Below, in pieces: positions 13,577 through 25,941 of a stretch of 64,000 nt of DNA (its first letter is position 1; each line of letters starts with the position of its first letter). The translations under genes and the position numbers were made by a program. The notes below the pieces were generated by a model. The model saw only the letters and a program-made list of their open reading frames with translations, searched no databases and was not told the DNA's origin. The DNA lies in contig NC_068998.1 in NCBI RefSeq assembly GCF_001194135.2, positions 48,724,225 through 48,788,224 of the forward strand, read 5' to 3'. Source of the DNA: Octopus bimaculoides (taxonomy: Eukaryota).

Positions 13577-15346
13577 NNNNNNNNNNNNNNNNNNNNNNNN
13601 NNNNNNNNNNNNNNNNNNNNNNNNNNNNNNNNNNNNNNNNNNNNNNNNNNNNNNNNNNNNNNNNNNNNNNNNNNNNNNNNNNNNNNNNNNNNNNNNNNNN
13701 NNNNNNNNNNNNNNNNNNNNNNNNNNNNNNNNNNNNNNNNNNNNNNNNNNNNNNNNNNNNNNNNNNNNNNNNNNNNNNNNNNNNNNNNNNNNNNNNNNNN
13801 NNNNNNNNNNNNNNNNNNNNNNNNNNNNNNNNNNNNNNNNNNNNNNNNNNNNNNNNNNNNNNNNNNNNNNNNNNNNNNNNNNNNNNNNNNNNNNNNNNNN
13901 NNNNNNNNNNNNNNNNNNNNNNNNNNNNNNNNNNNNNNNNNNNNNNNNNNNNNNNNNNNNNNNNNNNNNNNNNNNNNNNNNNNNNNNNNNNNNNNNNNNN
14001 NNNNNNNNNNNNNNNATAAGTGTGTGCGTGCATGTGAGAGGGATGAGATATATATATGTATAAACTTAGATATGTTTCGACCAAAGATTGATTGTTGTCA
14101 AGCAAATTGGCCCCAGGAACTTTATCTTTGAAAGCCTAGGTCTCATTTTTGCCGAACCGCTAAGTTACGGAGATGTAAACACACCACCATCGGTTGTCAA
14201 GCGATGTTAGGGGGACAAACACAGACACACAGACATATACATACATATACATATATACGACAGGCTTCTTTCAGCTTCCGTCTACCATATCCACTCACAA
14301 GGCTTTGGTCAGCCCGAGGCTATAGTAGAAGACACTTGCTCAAGATGCCACGTAGTTGGACTGAACCCAGAACCATGTGGTTGGTAAGCAAGCTACTTAC
14401 CACCACCATCGTCATCATCATTATTTTAATGGCCATGTCATGTTCCATGGGGGTATGGGTTAGGAGAAGGCTTTAATATTTATTAATAATCATTTCTCAT
14501 ATATCTCTATACAAGTCCCTTAAGATTTATTTTCGACAACACCATCATTATCCTACAAAACCCATTCTCTCCAACCTAATTCCATAGTTTATTCCACAGG
14601 TGTTGTCTTCCTGTAGTGCTATGTTTTGTTTGTACATTGCTATTAATAAATCTTCCATAACTAATACATCACCATCACCATCATCATTGTGATCATCATT
14701 ATTGTCATCGCCATCATCATCATCATCATTATCACTTAACATCTGTTTTTCCATGCTGGCATGGGTTGGACAGTTTGACGGGAGCCGGCATGCCAGAAGA
14801 CTGCATCAAGCTTTACTGTCCGTTTTGGCATGGTTTTTTTTACTTGTTGCTGAAATGAGTGGATCAACACGAATTCCATTTCTTGATATTTTTTTTCTGA
14901 ACCAAATTTTCAATTTCGAAAATTTCAAAAAATTTTTTTTTTAAATATGTAATCAATTTATACAAAAAAAAAAAAAAAAAAAAAAAAAAAATAACGTCTG
15001 AAACAGCCATAATGAATCTCAATTAATTTGTTTCTTAAGTTGAAGTTTTTTTTATGTATTGGACATGTCCCTTGTAGAATGCTGACAAAGCACATTCACT
15101 GTTAATGGCTATCTGGTGTTATCCATGGTTATTGCACAATCATTGTTGGATCTCCCTCAAGAATTCCTCAGTGTACATTGAGTGTAACAGAAATGATAGA
15201 AATGGAAAATGGAATATACATAAATTCCATTTTCTGTCCTCTATCATTTCTGATTTTTTTTTCCTCATAATTATTTTAGATAAAGAAAGTCATTAATTCT
15301 ATTTTCTTTCAGTTTGTTTATTTATATATTTATATATATTTCTATA

Positions 15347-15738
15347 GTGGAGGCGCAATGGCCCAGTGGTTACGGCAGCGGACTTGCGGTCATAGGATCG
15401 CGGTTTCGATTCCCAGACCGGGCGTTGTGAGTGTTTATTGAGCGAAAACACCTAAAGCTCCACGAGGCTCCGGCAGGGGATGGTGGCGAACCCTGCTGTA
15501 CTCTTTCACCACAACTTTCTCTCACTCTTACTTCCTGTTTCTGGTGTACCTGTAATTCAAAGGGTCAGCCTTGTCACACTGTGTCACGCTGAATATCCCT
15601 GAGAACTACATTAAGGATACACGTGTCTGTGGAGTGCTCAGCCACTTGCACGTAAATTTCACGAGCAGGCTGTTCCGTTGATCGGATCAACTGGAACCCT
15701 CAATGTCGTAAGCGACGGAGTGCCAACACACACACACG
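15347..15738 (+). mobile_element. Full-length tRNA-derived SINE, family B (head GGAGGCGCAATGGCCCAGTGG, tail ...CGACGGAGTGCCAACA)
   Basis: A-box and B-box-like head. The 12-bp TSD TATATTTCTATA is at 15335-46 and 15739-50. Near-identical copies occur elsewhere in the window. Confidence 0.92.
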
Positions 15739-16551
15739 TATATTTCTATACTCTTGCGATAATATTGAACTCCTGACGTATATCCAGTCACAGCAATGAA
15801 CATATATAAACGCACACACAAACACCAAATTTGTTTTAAATGTGTCAGTAGAAATTTATATGGCAAAATTCATTTGATGAGCAGCTTGTGACATGGACAA
15901 TGGCTCTGACATATGAGATGAAGAGGAAAGAAACATCCTGTGGGTGCAGTCACGACTATCTGGCCTAGAAATAAGCCGTTGAAATGGATATGCTTATGAT
16001 GTCAAGCAGACGTATGTGCACAGGCTTTGCAGCCATGGCAAACCCATTCAATTAGGAATGTCTTATCTTATGTGAATTTGTACTTGTTTTTTTTTTTTAA
16101 TGATGGAATATGATATATTTGAGAGTGTTTTGGCTGATATTTTGAGCAAGATAACTGACCTGCCCCCCCCCCCCTCTGACCACTACTTCCTTCAAAGAAG
16201 TCATCCTACTTCAGTCTTTGGTGCAATAACTTCATAACACTTGTTAATGAAACATCTCAGACCGTTCTGTCTACGAGTGAAATAACGCCACTGCCGCCCT
16301 CACCNNNNNNNNNNNNNNNNNNNNNNNNNNNNNNNNNNNNNNNNNNNNNNNNNNNNNNNNNNNNNNNNNNNNNNNNNNNNNNNNNNNNNNNNNNNNNNNN
16401 NNNNNNNNNNNNNNNNNNNNNNNNNNNNNNNNNNNNNNNNNNNNNNNNNNNNNNNNNNNNNNNNNNNNNNNNNNNNNNNNNNNNNNNNNNNNNNNNNNNN
16501 NNNNNNNNNNNNNNNNNNNNNNNNNNNNNNNNNNNNNNNNNNNNNNNNNNN

Positions 16552-16587
<36 letters not shown>

Positions 16588-16823
16588 GGCAGAGAGAAAG
16601 ATTTGCACTCGATCACTTCCCTTCCTTGACCTATCCAGACATATTCTTCCCTCCATGTCATTTCCCATGCTCCGTTTCCTAGATGTGTCAACGACTGCAG
16701 TTTTGCTTGAAATATCTAAAATTAACCATCAATAGAAATATGTGTATGTATGTGTGTGTGTGTGTGTGTGTATGTGTGTGTGTGTGTGTGTGTGTGTCTG
16801 TATGTGTGTGTGTCTGTGTGTGT

Positions 16824-17713
16824 TATCAAAAAGTTCCCAGGCTAATTATGTTAAAAACAAAATAACTTATTCACTTAAGTTTTCACATCATCTCCTTTGA
16901 AATTGTCACCTTGTGTAGCCATACACTGGCCCCAGGGTTCCTGCCGCTTTTGGAATCCAGCCTGGAAGTCATTTTCCATGAGTTGAGAACCTTCTACGAT
17001 TTGCTCTTGATCTTAACAACAAGTGTTAAAATGGTGACCTTTGAGATGCATTTTCATCTTGAGGAAGAGACAGAATCCCACAGGGGCTAAATCTGGCAAA
17101 TAGGGTGGACACAGAAGCGATACCATGTTGCTTTTGGTGAAAAACTCACGAGTGAGGAAACCCCAGTGACAGGGTACATTATTGTTGTGAAGAACCCGGT
17201 TCTTCACGCTTCACAGATTCAGTCAAACATTTCAAAAGATTGCATTAGAACTTTCAATTGACAGTCTGTCCCCGAGGAACAAATTCTTGATGCACAATAC
17301 TACAGATGTAAAAAAAAAAACCATGAACAAGCTCTTGATTGAGATGTGACCCTGTCGTCTGCTTTTGAAGTGCTTCTGTCACTTGAAACATTGTGTACAG
17401 CCATTGCCTCATTGGTGTAAGCTTACTGAAGCACCATGATCAATGTTTCTGTAGCAGACTTCCCAAGTTTAACACCAAATTTCAAGTTAGCTCTTTGCTC
17501 TAACTTCTTGTCCATGACAAAAATCACAGACTACATCATACACATGATAACAAAAACACAAATTTCACAACTTGCAAAGTAAACACAGCGATGTCACTTG
17601 GCACACTGCCTCATGAAAGTCACTGCTAGCTCTCACTGAGCACACAACTTTGTGCTGCCCTCTGTTGGCATGCTACAGAACTAGACCAGGAGCTTTTTGA
17701 TACTGGCCTCGTA
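16824..17713 (-). mobile_element. Internally deleted mariner (DD34D-type) transposon relic
   Basis: Minus-strand fragments MDKKLEQRANLKFGVKLGKSATET (ATG 17515), IVHQEFVPRGQTVN and LHNNNVPCH...PPYLPDLAPVGFCLFLKMKMHLKGHHFNT. Inverted ends TATCAAAAAGTTCC (16824) and GGAGCTTTTTGATA...CTCGTA (17713). Confidence 0.88.
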
Positions 17714-18329
17714 CATGCTCACATACATATATATAACATGTGTACACACAGCATATATTTATAATTGTGTGTGAATGCGTGTATGTGTGTACACACACAC
17801 ACACATACACACACACACACAACTTGTTTATATATATAAAACAACTGACAAATGGGAAAGCTCCAGGAGAGAGTGGTATTCCTGGAGAAATTTGAAAGTG
17901 TGGTGGAAATATTTTGGTTGATAAATTGACAGTGCTTATGGCCCAAAATGTGACAAATAAGAACTGTCCCTCAACAATTCAAGATGCATTGATTGTACAT
18001 CTGTATAAGTATAAAGGTAATAATAAGTGTGAATATGACAAAATAGGAAAATAAACCAACAGAACAACAGTCTTCCCACAAACAAGCATTGTCTATATTG
18101 TTATTTCTTAATTAGATCATGTGCTGGTTTAATATGTCATGTTCTTATGCATATTGCTTTTGGTGGTCTGAGGAATCACATGAGGAGTCACCCAGTAAGT
18201 GAATGACTTGCATAAATTGGGGAATAGTTGTGGTAGCTATGTGAATGTTGTTGATTATCTACTTGGTTTGATTGTTATTTTGCCTTCTCACTGAACACTC
18301 ATATATCATATTCGATGGGAGAGTCCATC

Positions 18330-18360
<31 letters not shown>

Positions 18361-18364
<4 letters not shown>

Positions 18365-18445
18365 GAACAAAATCCAAAATTACAGGTAAAAACTCAATTA
18401 AAATCAATTTATAAAAAATTAAAATCAATTTGACCTTTACAGAGT
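18361..18445 (+). repeat. Dispersed AT-rich repeat fragment following (TA)n; second copy at about 28437-28520
   Basis: TTAGG.ACAAAATCCAAAATTACAGGTAAAA..CAATTAAAATCAATTTATAAAAAATTAAAAT..ATT.GA.CTTTACAGAG is present at both sites. Confidence 0.8.
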
Positions 18446-18459
18446 AAAATATATATAAA

Positions 18460-18497
<38 letters not shown>

Positions 18498-18612
18498 CAT
18501 ATATATACATACATATATATACACACATGTGTGTGTGTATGTATATATATATCTCTATATGTATATGTATACGTGTGTGTGTGCATAACACACATACACA
18601 TATTTATGCATA

Positions 18613-18833
18613 TATTTCTTTATTGCCCACAGGGGGTCAAACATAGAGGGGACAAACAAAGAGATTAAGTTGATTACATCGACCCCAGTGCGTAACTGGT
18701 ACTTATTTAATTGACTCCGAAAGGATGAAAGACAAAGTCGACCTCAGCGGAATTTGAACTCAGAACGTAAAGACAGACGAAATACCGCTGAGCATTTCGG
18801 CCAGCATGCTAATGATTCTGCCAGCTCGCTGCC
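18613..18833 (-). mobile_element. SINE family C
   Basis: Reverse complement of the 43421 element. Confidence 0.88.
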
Positions 18834-19117
18834 TTTACATATTTATGTATACCGGAGTAATATGCTTGTTATCCTTCCTCCATTTCTAACAAAACTGTCC
18901 GATGAACGGGGACGTGAAACTCGGAGTAACGTTTTTTTGGTTATATTTCTGCTGCTTTTAAATAAAGCATATTTATGTATATGTATTTATATACACACAG
19001 ACATGACAGAAATAAATAGACACACTATAAAACATTGTTTTATGTTTATAATTTTGTTTATATTTTATCACTAATGGACATCTTTATGTTTCAGGTTCTA
19101 TATGTGACTGTTTAATC

Positions 19118-19242
19118 ATGCCATCTACAAAAGAAACCTTGGAACTGTCTAAATTTCAAAGAGGCCATATTGTGGGTCATTCTGAAGGTGGACTTAGTGT
19201 AAAATTGCCGAAAACTTTGGGATGCTGCTTTTGACAGTTGGG
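19118..19242 (+). pseudogene. Tc1-like transposase N-terminal HTH remnant
   Basis: MPSTKETLELSKFQRGHIVGHSEGGLS, then a frameshift, then KIAENFGM. Confidence 0.7.
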
Positions 19243-19352
19243 CCTATTTCTGCCTTCCTTCAATGTATAATTTGTCTCTAAATATGGTATGTCTACAAGA
19301 GGTTTTATCTCAAACAATGATACATGGGTGGCTCTCTCTCTCTCTCTATATA

Positions 19353-19433
<81 letters not shown>

Positions 19434-19626
19434 ATATGGGTTTGGTGATGCAAACAAGAAATATAGAACTTTGAACTTTGATAAGTACTAAAGCATGATG
19501 CTCTTGGGCCTTGATTCATTCTGTTGCTTCTACTAAATGTTAATAAATATATATATATATAGTATGTGTGTGTGTGTTTGTGTTCTCTTTGTTTTGATAT
19601 GTATGTACTGACAGTAAATAAGACAC

Positions 19627-19925
19627 CACTGGATTGAGACCTGGTGAGTTTGGAGGCAAAATTTTAGGGGCTATGTGGTTATGACAATTGTCAACCATCT
19701 ATCCTTGGGTTGCTTGAGCCTTATGTGATGATGCAGAGTCTAGCTGAAACATGAACGGCCTTCCATTGCATGCTCTGACTACCCGGCCCTTGACCACTGT
19801 TTCCAGAACCTCAAGGTAGACAGCAGAGTTAACTCTAAAGCCTTGTGGAAAGAAGTGAGGAGGCATTATATTGTCTTTCATTAATGGTAACTCCAACAAC
19901 CATGGAAGTTACAGGAAATTTTGTG
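19627..19925 (-). pseudogene. Tc1/mariner (maT/DD37D-like) transposase catalytic-domain remnant
   Basis: TKFP..MV.GV / MPPHFFPQGFRVNSAVYLEVLETVVK...FMFQLDSASSHKAQATQ / ...ILPPNSPGLNP, with frameshifts. Confidence 0.85.
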
Positions 19926-20469
19926 TATATGACTGTTGGAAATTCAGAAGAGTCTGAACATAACTATCTGTCATTTTTTTCTGATAATCTTCTGGTCTGC
20001 TTACAGTTTGTATTAGCTGGTTGGTTTTCTTTTTTTAAAGCCCTAGCTTTTCCAGATTGTCACTGAGGCGTTTCCTCACAAAACTGAGTGCAACAGTTAT
20101 TATTGGTATAAATTTGAATTCATATGGCTATAATAGAAGCTGAAAGTTTTGCAGCAGTTGTCTTTTGTTATTCTCTTTCTCATTGATTTTTAAAGAGACA
20201 TTCCCACCGGCAACGTAGCTAACCTGTATGGCAATACATACCTTTTCTTCTGTCCCAAGCAACTATGTCTGGCCTGTTAGGTTTAGACTGTGTACAAGTT
20301 TTGTTGGGAACATTCCACCTTTCTATCTTGTGCTGATGTTTAAGTATGAATTAGTTAAAGAAGGATTTTCTGTATTTGTCTCACAAATCTCATATTTTCA
20401 GATATGTATGTACATACGTGTGTACATATGTATGTGTGTGTTTGTGTGTGTGTATGTGTGTGTGTTATT

Positions 20470-20872
20470 TTACTCTTTTACTTGTTTCAGTCATTTGACT
20501 GTGGCCATGCTGGGGCATCACTTTTAGTCAAGCAAATCGACCCGGGGACTTATTGTTTGTAAGCCTAGTACTTATTCTATCAGTCTCTTTTTGCTGAACT
20601 GCTAAGTTACGGGGACGTAAACACACCAGCATCGGTTGTCAAGCGAAGTTGGGGGGACAAACACAGACACACAAACATATACACACACACATACATACAT
20701 ATATATACATATATACGATGGGCTTCTTTCAGTTTCTGTCTACCAAATCCACTCACAAGGCTTTGGTCGGCCCGAGGCTATAGTAGAAGACACTTGCCCA
20801 AGGTGCCACGCAGTGGGACTGAACCCAGAACCATGTGGTTGGTAAGCAAGCTACTTACCACAAAGCCACTCT
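20470..20872 (-). mobile_element. SINE family A, near full length
   Basis: Reverse complement of the 5063 element from tail to head. Confidence 0.9.
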
Positions 20873-20874
20873 AT

Positions 20875-21067
20875 CCCTGGCTTTGATTTAAAGAAAAAAG
20901 AAGAGGATCAGTCAATTATGATTTTATTCAATATAAACCCTTCTCGGATTTACACACTTATTACAGTGGTCCTTCAGTTGTTCTGAGCCCTGTAAAAAAC
21001 TCAGAAGGTTGGGCCTTCAACCAAGCCATTCAGGATACCCTTAAAACCAGGAACTTTCCAGAACCCC
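20875..21067 (-). mobile_element. Mariner-derived MITE retaining the transposase C-terminal codons
   Basis: The minus strand reads ..EQLKDHCNKCVNPRRVYIE* between (C)CAGGAACTTT-type ends. A second copy at 11745-11865 (+) reads CNKCVNLGREYVE*. Confidence 0.75.
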
Positions 21068-21387
21068 TTTATATATGCTAACACACATAAAGCTTTCTGC
21101 TGATATACCCAGCTCTGTTTCTTGACAGCTCAACAAATGAGTAAGGTTTTTAAGCAAGTTTAACTTGCTTAACTTTATGTCATCCTATGACTTCATAGAG
21201 GTTGCTCACACATCACACTTCACGCGTCACTAACCTTTAATTCGTGTCTCTTTCACTCATTTTCCTTACTTTGACAGTTAGTAGTTTTTGCACATGTGTA
21301 ATAAATTAGGTGCACATTTCTATTTATCAAGTCATGTTGACACAAACTCATATTATCACCAATTACAACTAGTTAGATATTGCAATA

Positions 21388-21895
21388 GCGTGTGTATGTG
21401 TGTGTGTGCATGTGAGTGTATTCATGCGTGTTTATGCGTGTATGTGTGTGTGTTCATGTGTGTATGTGCATGTGTGTATGTGCATGTGTGTGTGTGAGCA
21501 CGTGTGTGTATGCATACATGTTTATGTGTGTGTGTGTGTCTGTGCATGTGTCTGTATATATGTATATATGTTTATGTGTATATATGTGTGTGTATGTATG
21601 TATGTATGTATGTGTGTGTGTGTAAGTATGCATATTTGTGTGAATGTGTGTGTATGCACGCATACATGTTTATATGTATGTATGTGTGTGCATGTGCGTG
21701 TATGTATGTGTGTTCATGTGCGTGTGCATGTGTGTAAATGCATGTGCATGTGTATGTGCATGTGTGTGTATGCAGGCTTGTTTATGTATGTGCATGTGTG
21801 TGTATGCATGCATGTTTATGTATGTGTATGTGTGTGTGTGCATGTGCATGTGTGCATATGCATGTGTGCATGTGTGTATGTAGGCATATGCACGT
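21388..21895. repeat. About 500-bp compound alternating purine-pyrimidine microsatellite (TG/TA/CA)
   Basis: Seen directly. It is the source of the CV/HT-rich spurious ORFs. Similar tracts lie at about 11550-11745, 28990-29460, 47460-47680 and 62000-62300. Confidence 0.9.
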
Positions 21896-22201
21896 ATAAA
21901 CAGTAATCCTTGAAATGAAAACATAGAAACAGCCAACCAACGACACTTATCGTTAATTGTAATATGAAATAATAAATTAGTGAAATAAATTGGTAAGTAA
22001 TTGGTGATAAGCCTCAAGGAATTTGACATTAGGCAGTTCCAGATTGCTGAAAGCCCTGAGGTTAATCCACGGGGTTTAATTCCACAGTCAGACTTAATAT
22101 ATTCATTAAACACAAATATATCACTATCTGTCTGTCTGTCTGTCTGTCTGTCTGGCTGGCTGGCTGTCTGGCTGGCTGGCTATGAGGATGATGAAGGGGA
22201 C

Positions 22202-22235
<34 letters not shown>

Positions 22236-25200
22236 GTTTAACGTCCACTTTCCATGCTAGCATGGGTTGGACGATTTGACTGAGGACTGGTGAAACCAGA
22301 TGGCTACACCAGGCTCCAATCTGATTTGGCAGAGTTTCTACAGCTGGATGCCCTTCCTAACGCCAACCACTCAGAGAGTGTAGTGGGTGCTTTTACGTGT
22401 CACCCGCACGAAGGCCAGTCAGGCGAATATTGAAGGAGGACATTTTGAGCATCTGAGAGTTTAAACATTGTCTGTTTAAGATGTGCACAAACAATATGAT
22501 TGTAAGATTCTTTTATTCTTTTACTTGTTTCAGTCATTTGACTGCAGCCATGCTGGAGCACCGCCTTTAGTCAATCAAATCAACCCCAGGACTTATTCTT
22601 TGTAAGCCTAGTACTTATTCTATCGTTCTCTTTTGTCGAACTTGCTGGATAAATTCAGGTTTCAGAGTGTTTAGAATGCTTTTTTATGCTTTGATACTGG
22701 TGATACATTTCCATCTTCAGTCTCTCTAGCTCCTTACAAACTTTGTAGATGAAAGATCTTGCAACTTTTAAAAATCAAGATATTTCTAAATTGCTATGCT
22801 CAGCCTTTATAACCACAATAACAGCATGTCTCTTCGTTTCTTGAGTAAGCTGAGCATCTGCCATTATTATTTTCTGAAACAAAGATTATACAGAGTTAGC
22901 AAAAAATGCAACAGTGACACAAAAAAGGTATGTCCTCAAATACCTTACGCACCCTATATATATATATGTGAAAAGCACCCACTACACTCTCAGAGTGGTT
23001 GGCATTAGGAAGGGCATCCAGCTGTAGAAACTCTGCCAAATCAGATTGGAGCCTGGTGTTGCCATCTGGTTCACCAGTCCTCAGTCAAATCGTCCAACCC
23101 AAGCTAGCATGGAAAGCGGACGTTAAACGATGATGATGATGATATATATATGTATATATATGAAAATGAGTCAAGTCAAAGAATTTAGAGTAGCGAGTAG
23201 CATGTATTTAAACAAAAAAGATAAATGACCAGTATATCATATGCCATTTAAGATAAATTCATAATTTATCAACATTATTACTTCAAGAGAGGATAAAACT
23301 TGATGGCAATTGAGACCAACCACCAAAAGAAAGTGCAGATAATTTGAAAAATCAGGAACTCACTAAACTCTATTTGCCATGAGAGAAAAGATTTTTGGAG
23401 ACACAGGGACATCTGTGGATATGTTACTAACCCAATAGGCTTCATTAGAACAGTAGTTGCTCTACATTACCTCCAGCAGAATGAGATACTAAGATATATA
23501 TATATATATATATATATACAAGAAACTATGTGTGTTAGTGTGTTAAGACTTCTCTAGCTGAGCAAGCTGTTACAAGCAAAACTCAATGTCCAGCTCAAAT
23601 CGACATCATCAATAGATTTCACTCTATAAAATATATTGAGTCCCATTATTTGTAAATATTTTATTGTTTCCTGCATATTAATCAACAATATTATTAAAAG
23701 TGATTTGTTTTGTAAGATTGGAACAATGCAAGAACGTATAAAGTAAACTAGAAACAGAAAAGAAAAACAAAAAGTTGTATTTTTATCTTATATTTCTATA
23801 TTTTAGGGTTGTGACTCTTTCTTCAGGACATTTGGAAAAACGGGTTGGAAAAGGGGGAAGAAAAGAAAAGAAAGGGAAAGTAGAATAAAAAAAGGAACGA
23901 AAATATTTTGAATTTTCCATTTGCCCAAATACCGAGATGAATAATTGTTTTTATTTAATAAATAACTTTAAGTTAAAGAAAATCTCTCTTCAAGCATATA
24001 TATTTGTGGGAAACCACACGTTTCAGTCTACCAAATCCACAAAACTTTTACTAGAAAAAGATCAAATTCTTTATTTATCACAATTTAATTATCAGGAAAC
24101 AAAGAAACAGAAAAAGAAAAAAAAAAAAAGAGAGGATTAAGTAGCCGAAAATGGATTTGGAGGTGGGGACGGGCCGGACACCCCAAAACGAATGGTATGA
24201 TCAACCGGGTTCTGCGTTACCGCGGGGGAGTGGCCAAATTGATAGTGACTTCGATGTTTCGACTTACTCGCTTTCATCAGCCTGATGAAAATAAGCTAGC
24301 CGAAACTTCGAAGTTACAGTCAACCTTCTAAATTTTTTTTTTTTGTATTATAAAAGTTAATAAATTCTAAAAACTATTGAGTTTAATGTCAAGCTGTTTT
24401 AAATAACATGATATAAAAACAAACATTAATATGTATGTATGTATGTATGTATGCATGCAATGTATGTATGTACTAGAAACTNNNNNNNNNNNNNNNNNNN
24501 NNNNNNNNNNNNNNNNNNNNNNNNNNNNNNNNNNNNNNNNNNNNNNNNNNNNNNNNNNNNNNNNNNNNNNNNNNNNNNNNNNNNNNNNNNNNNNNNNNNN
24601 NNNNNNNNNNNNNNNNNNNNNNNNNNNNNATATATATATATATATATATATACATATATATAAGTTTAAATTTGGACTGTTTCAGCTCGAAGCTATTAAT
24701 TTGACGCCATTCGCTGAGGTAATAGAACAATCCTTAAGCGGAAAGACGTAGGACAAGTGATGAAAGCTGACATGCTGTAATTTCTCAGAGTAATTAATTT
24801 AGTTTCTAAAAAAATAATAGCTCACACACGGTTTTGTTTTATTGGAGTGTTCGTGTGCAGGATGACACGGTGCGGTGGTGAGAAAGTTAACTGAATCATT
24901 AGTCTATGCTGGGTGAGGTGGGGAAAAAGAGAATATATAAGAAAATTGATAGAGAGATAGATAAAGAAAGATTAAATTATTTATACTGTAGTTGGTAAAG
25001 AGAAAGAGAGGGGAAGACTAAGAGATAGAGAAAAGAGAGACAGACAGAGGAGGGAGAGAAAGGAAGAGAGAAATAATAAGAGGAGAAAAGCGAGTGAGAG
25101 AGGGGGAATGAGAAAGAGAGAGAGAGAAAGAGTAAAAGTACTTTACTGAAGTTAGTAAAAAAAAAGAGGGTAAGAGTAGAGTAAGAGGGGAAGAAATAGA

Positions 25201-25481
25201 TGTGGAGAAAGTAAATAACTTATATAGAGAGAGAGAAACATTAAAAGTATGGTGAAGGAAGCGTAAAAGGGGATAGTGAAAGGAGGAAAAGTAGAGAAAT
25301 AGAGGGAGGTGGAGATAAAGGACTAAGAGAGCGAAAGAGAGTAAGAGAGAGATAGAGAAGCTTCAGAATTATTTTTATTAGTGAAAGATACAGAGAGAGA
25401 AAGTGAGAGGAAGAGGGAAAGGGGAGTGCGAGTGAAATTCTTCGTCAATGGTAGCGTGTAGACCGCGTGATAGTCTCTTCA

Positions 25482-25489
25482 CCAATCAG
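25482..25489 (+). promoter_or_regulatory. CCAAT box (CCAATCAG) in the putative MID1IP1 promoter
   Basis: Exact NF-Y-type site inside a small CpG-containing core (25430-25520) about 450 bp upstream of the ATG. An Inr-like TCAGTT lies at 25749-54. The TSS is not determined. Confidence 0.4.
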
Positions 25490-25941
25490 AGATGAGAATA
25501 GAGAAACGGTTGGCTGATATTTCTCTCTCTCTCTCTCTCGCTCCTCCCTTTTCTCTCTCTATAATACATTATTGCCTCTGTTTTCCCTCTCTCTATAATA
25601 CATTACTGTCTCCGCTTTCCCTCTCTCACTCTTTCTTCCTCCCTCACTGCACTTTGTCTTCGCCTTTTCTCTCATTATAAGCACCATATATACCTCTGGG
25701 TCAAATACCATGAAATATTCATTAAGAAACACTGTCGGATTTCTTCCGTCAGTTTAAAGAAAAACAAAAAACACATCACAGACGAGCAATCAAACACAAT
25801 CAAGCGCAGTTACCAAGGATATCATTCAAATTCATTACCATCTCTGTTGCGATTTTCAATATTGATATATTCTAAATCCAGCTATCTTCTCTTCTCCATT
25901 GAAATATTTATTATATATACATATTATTTCTTGCTTTCATA

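Noticed and set aside
15347-15425. tRNA-like sequences at SINE heads (also 46644, 56984, 43756, 5063)
   Set aside because: A and B boxes are present, but there is no intact acceptor stem and each continues into a repeated SINE body, often with TSDs. These are not tRNA genes.
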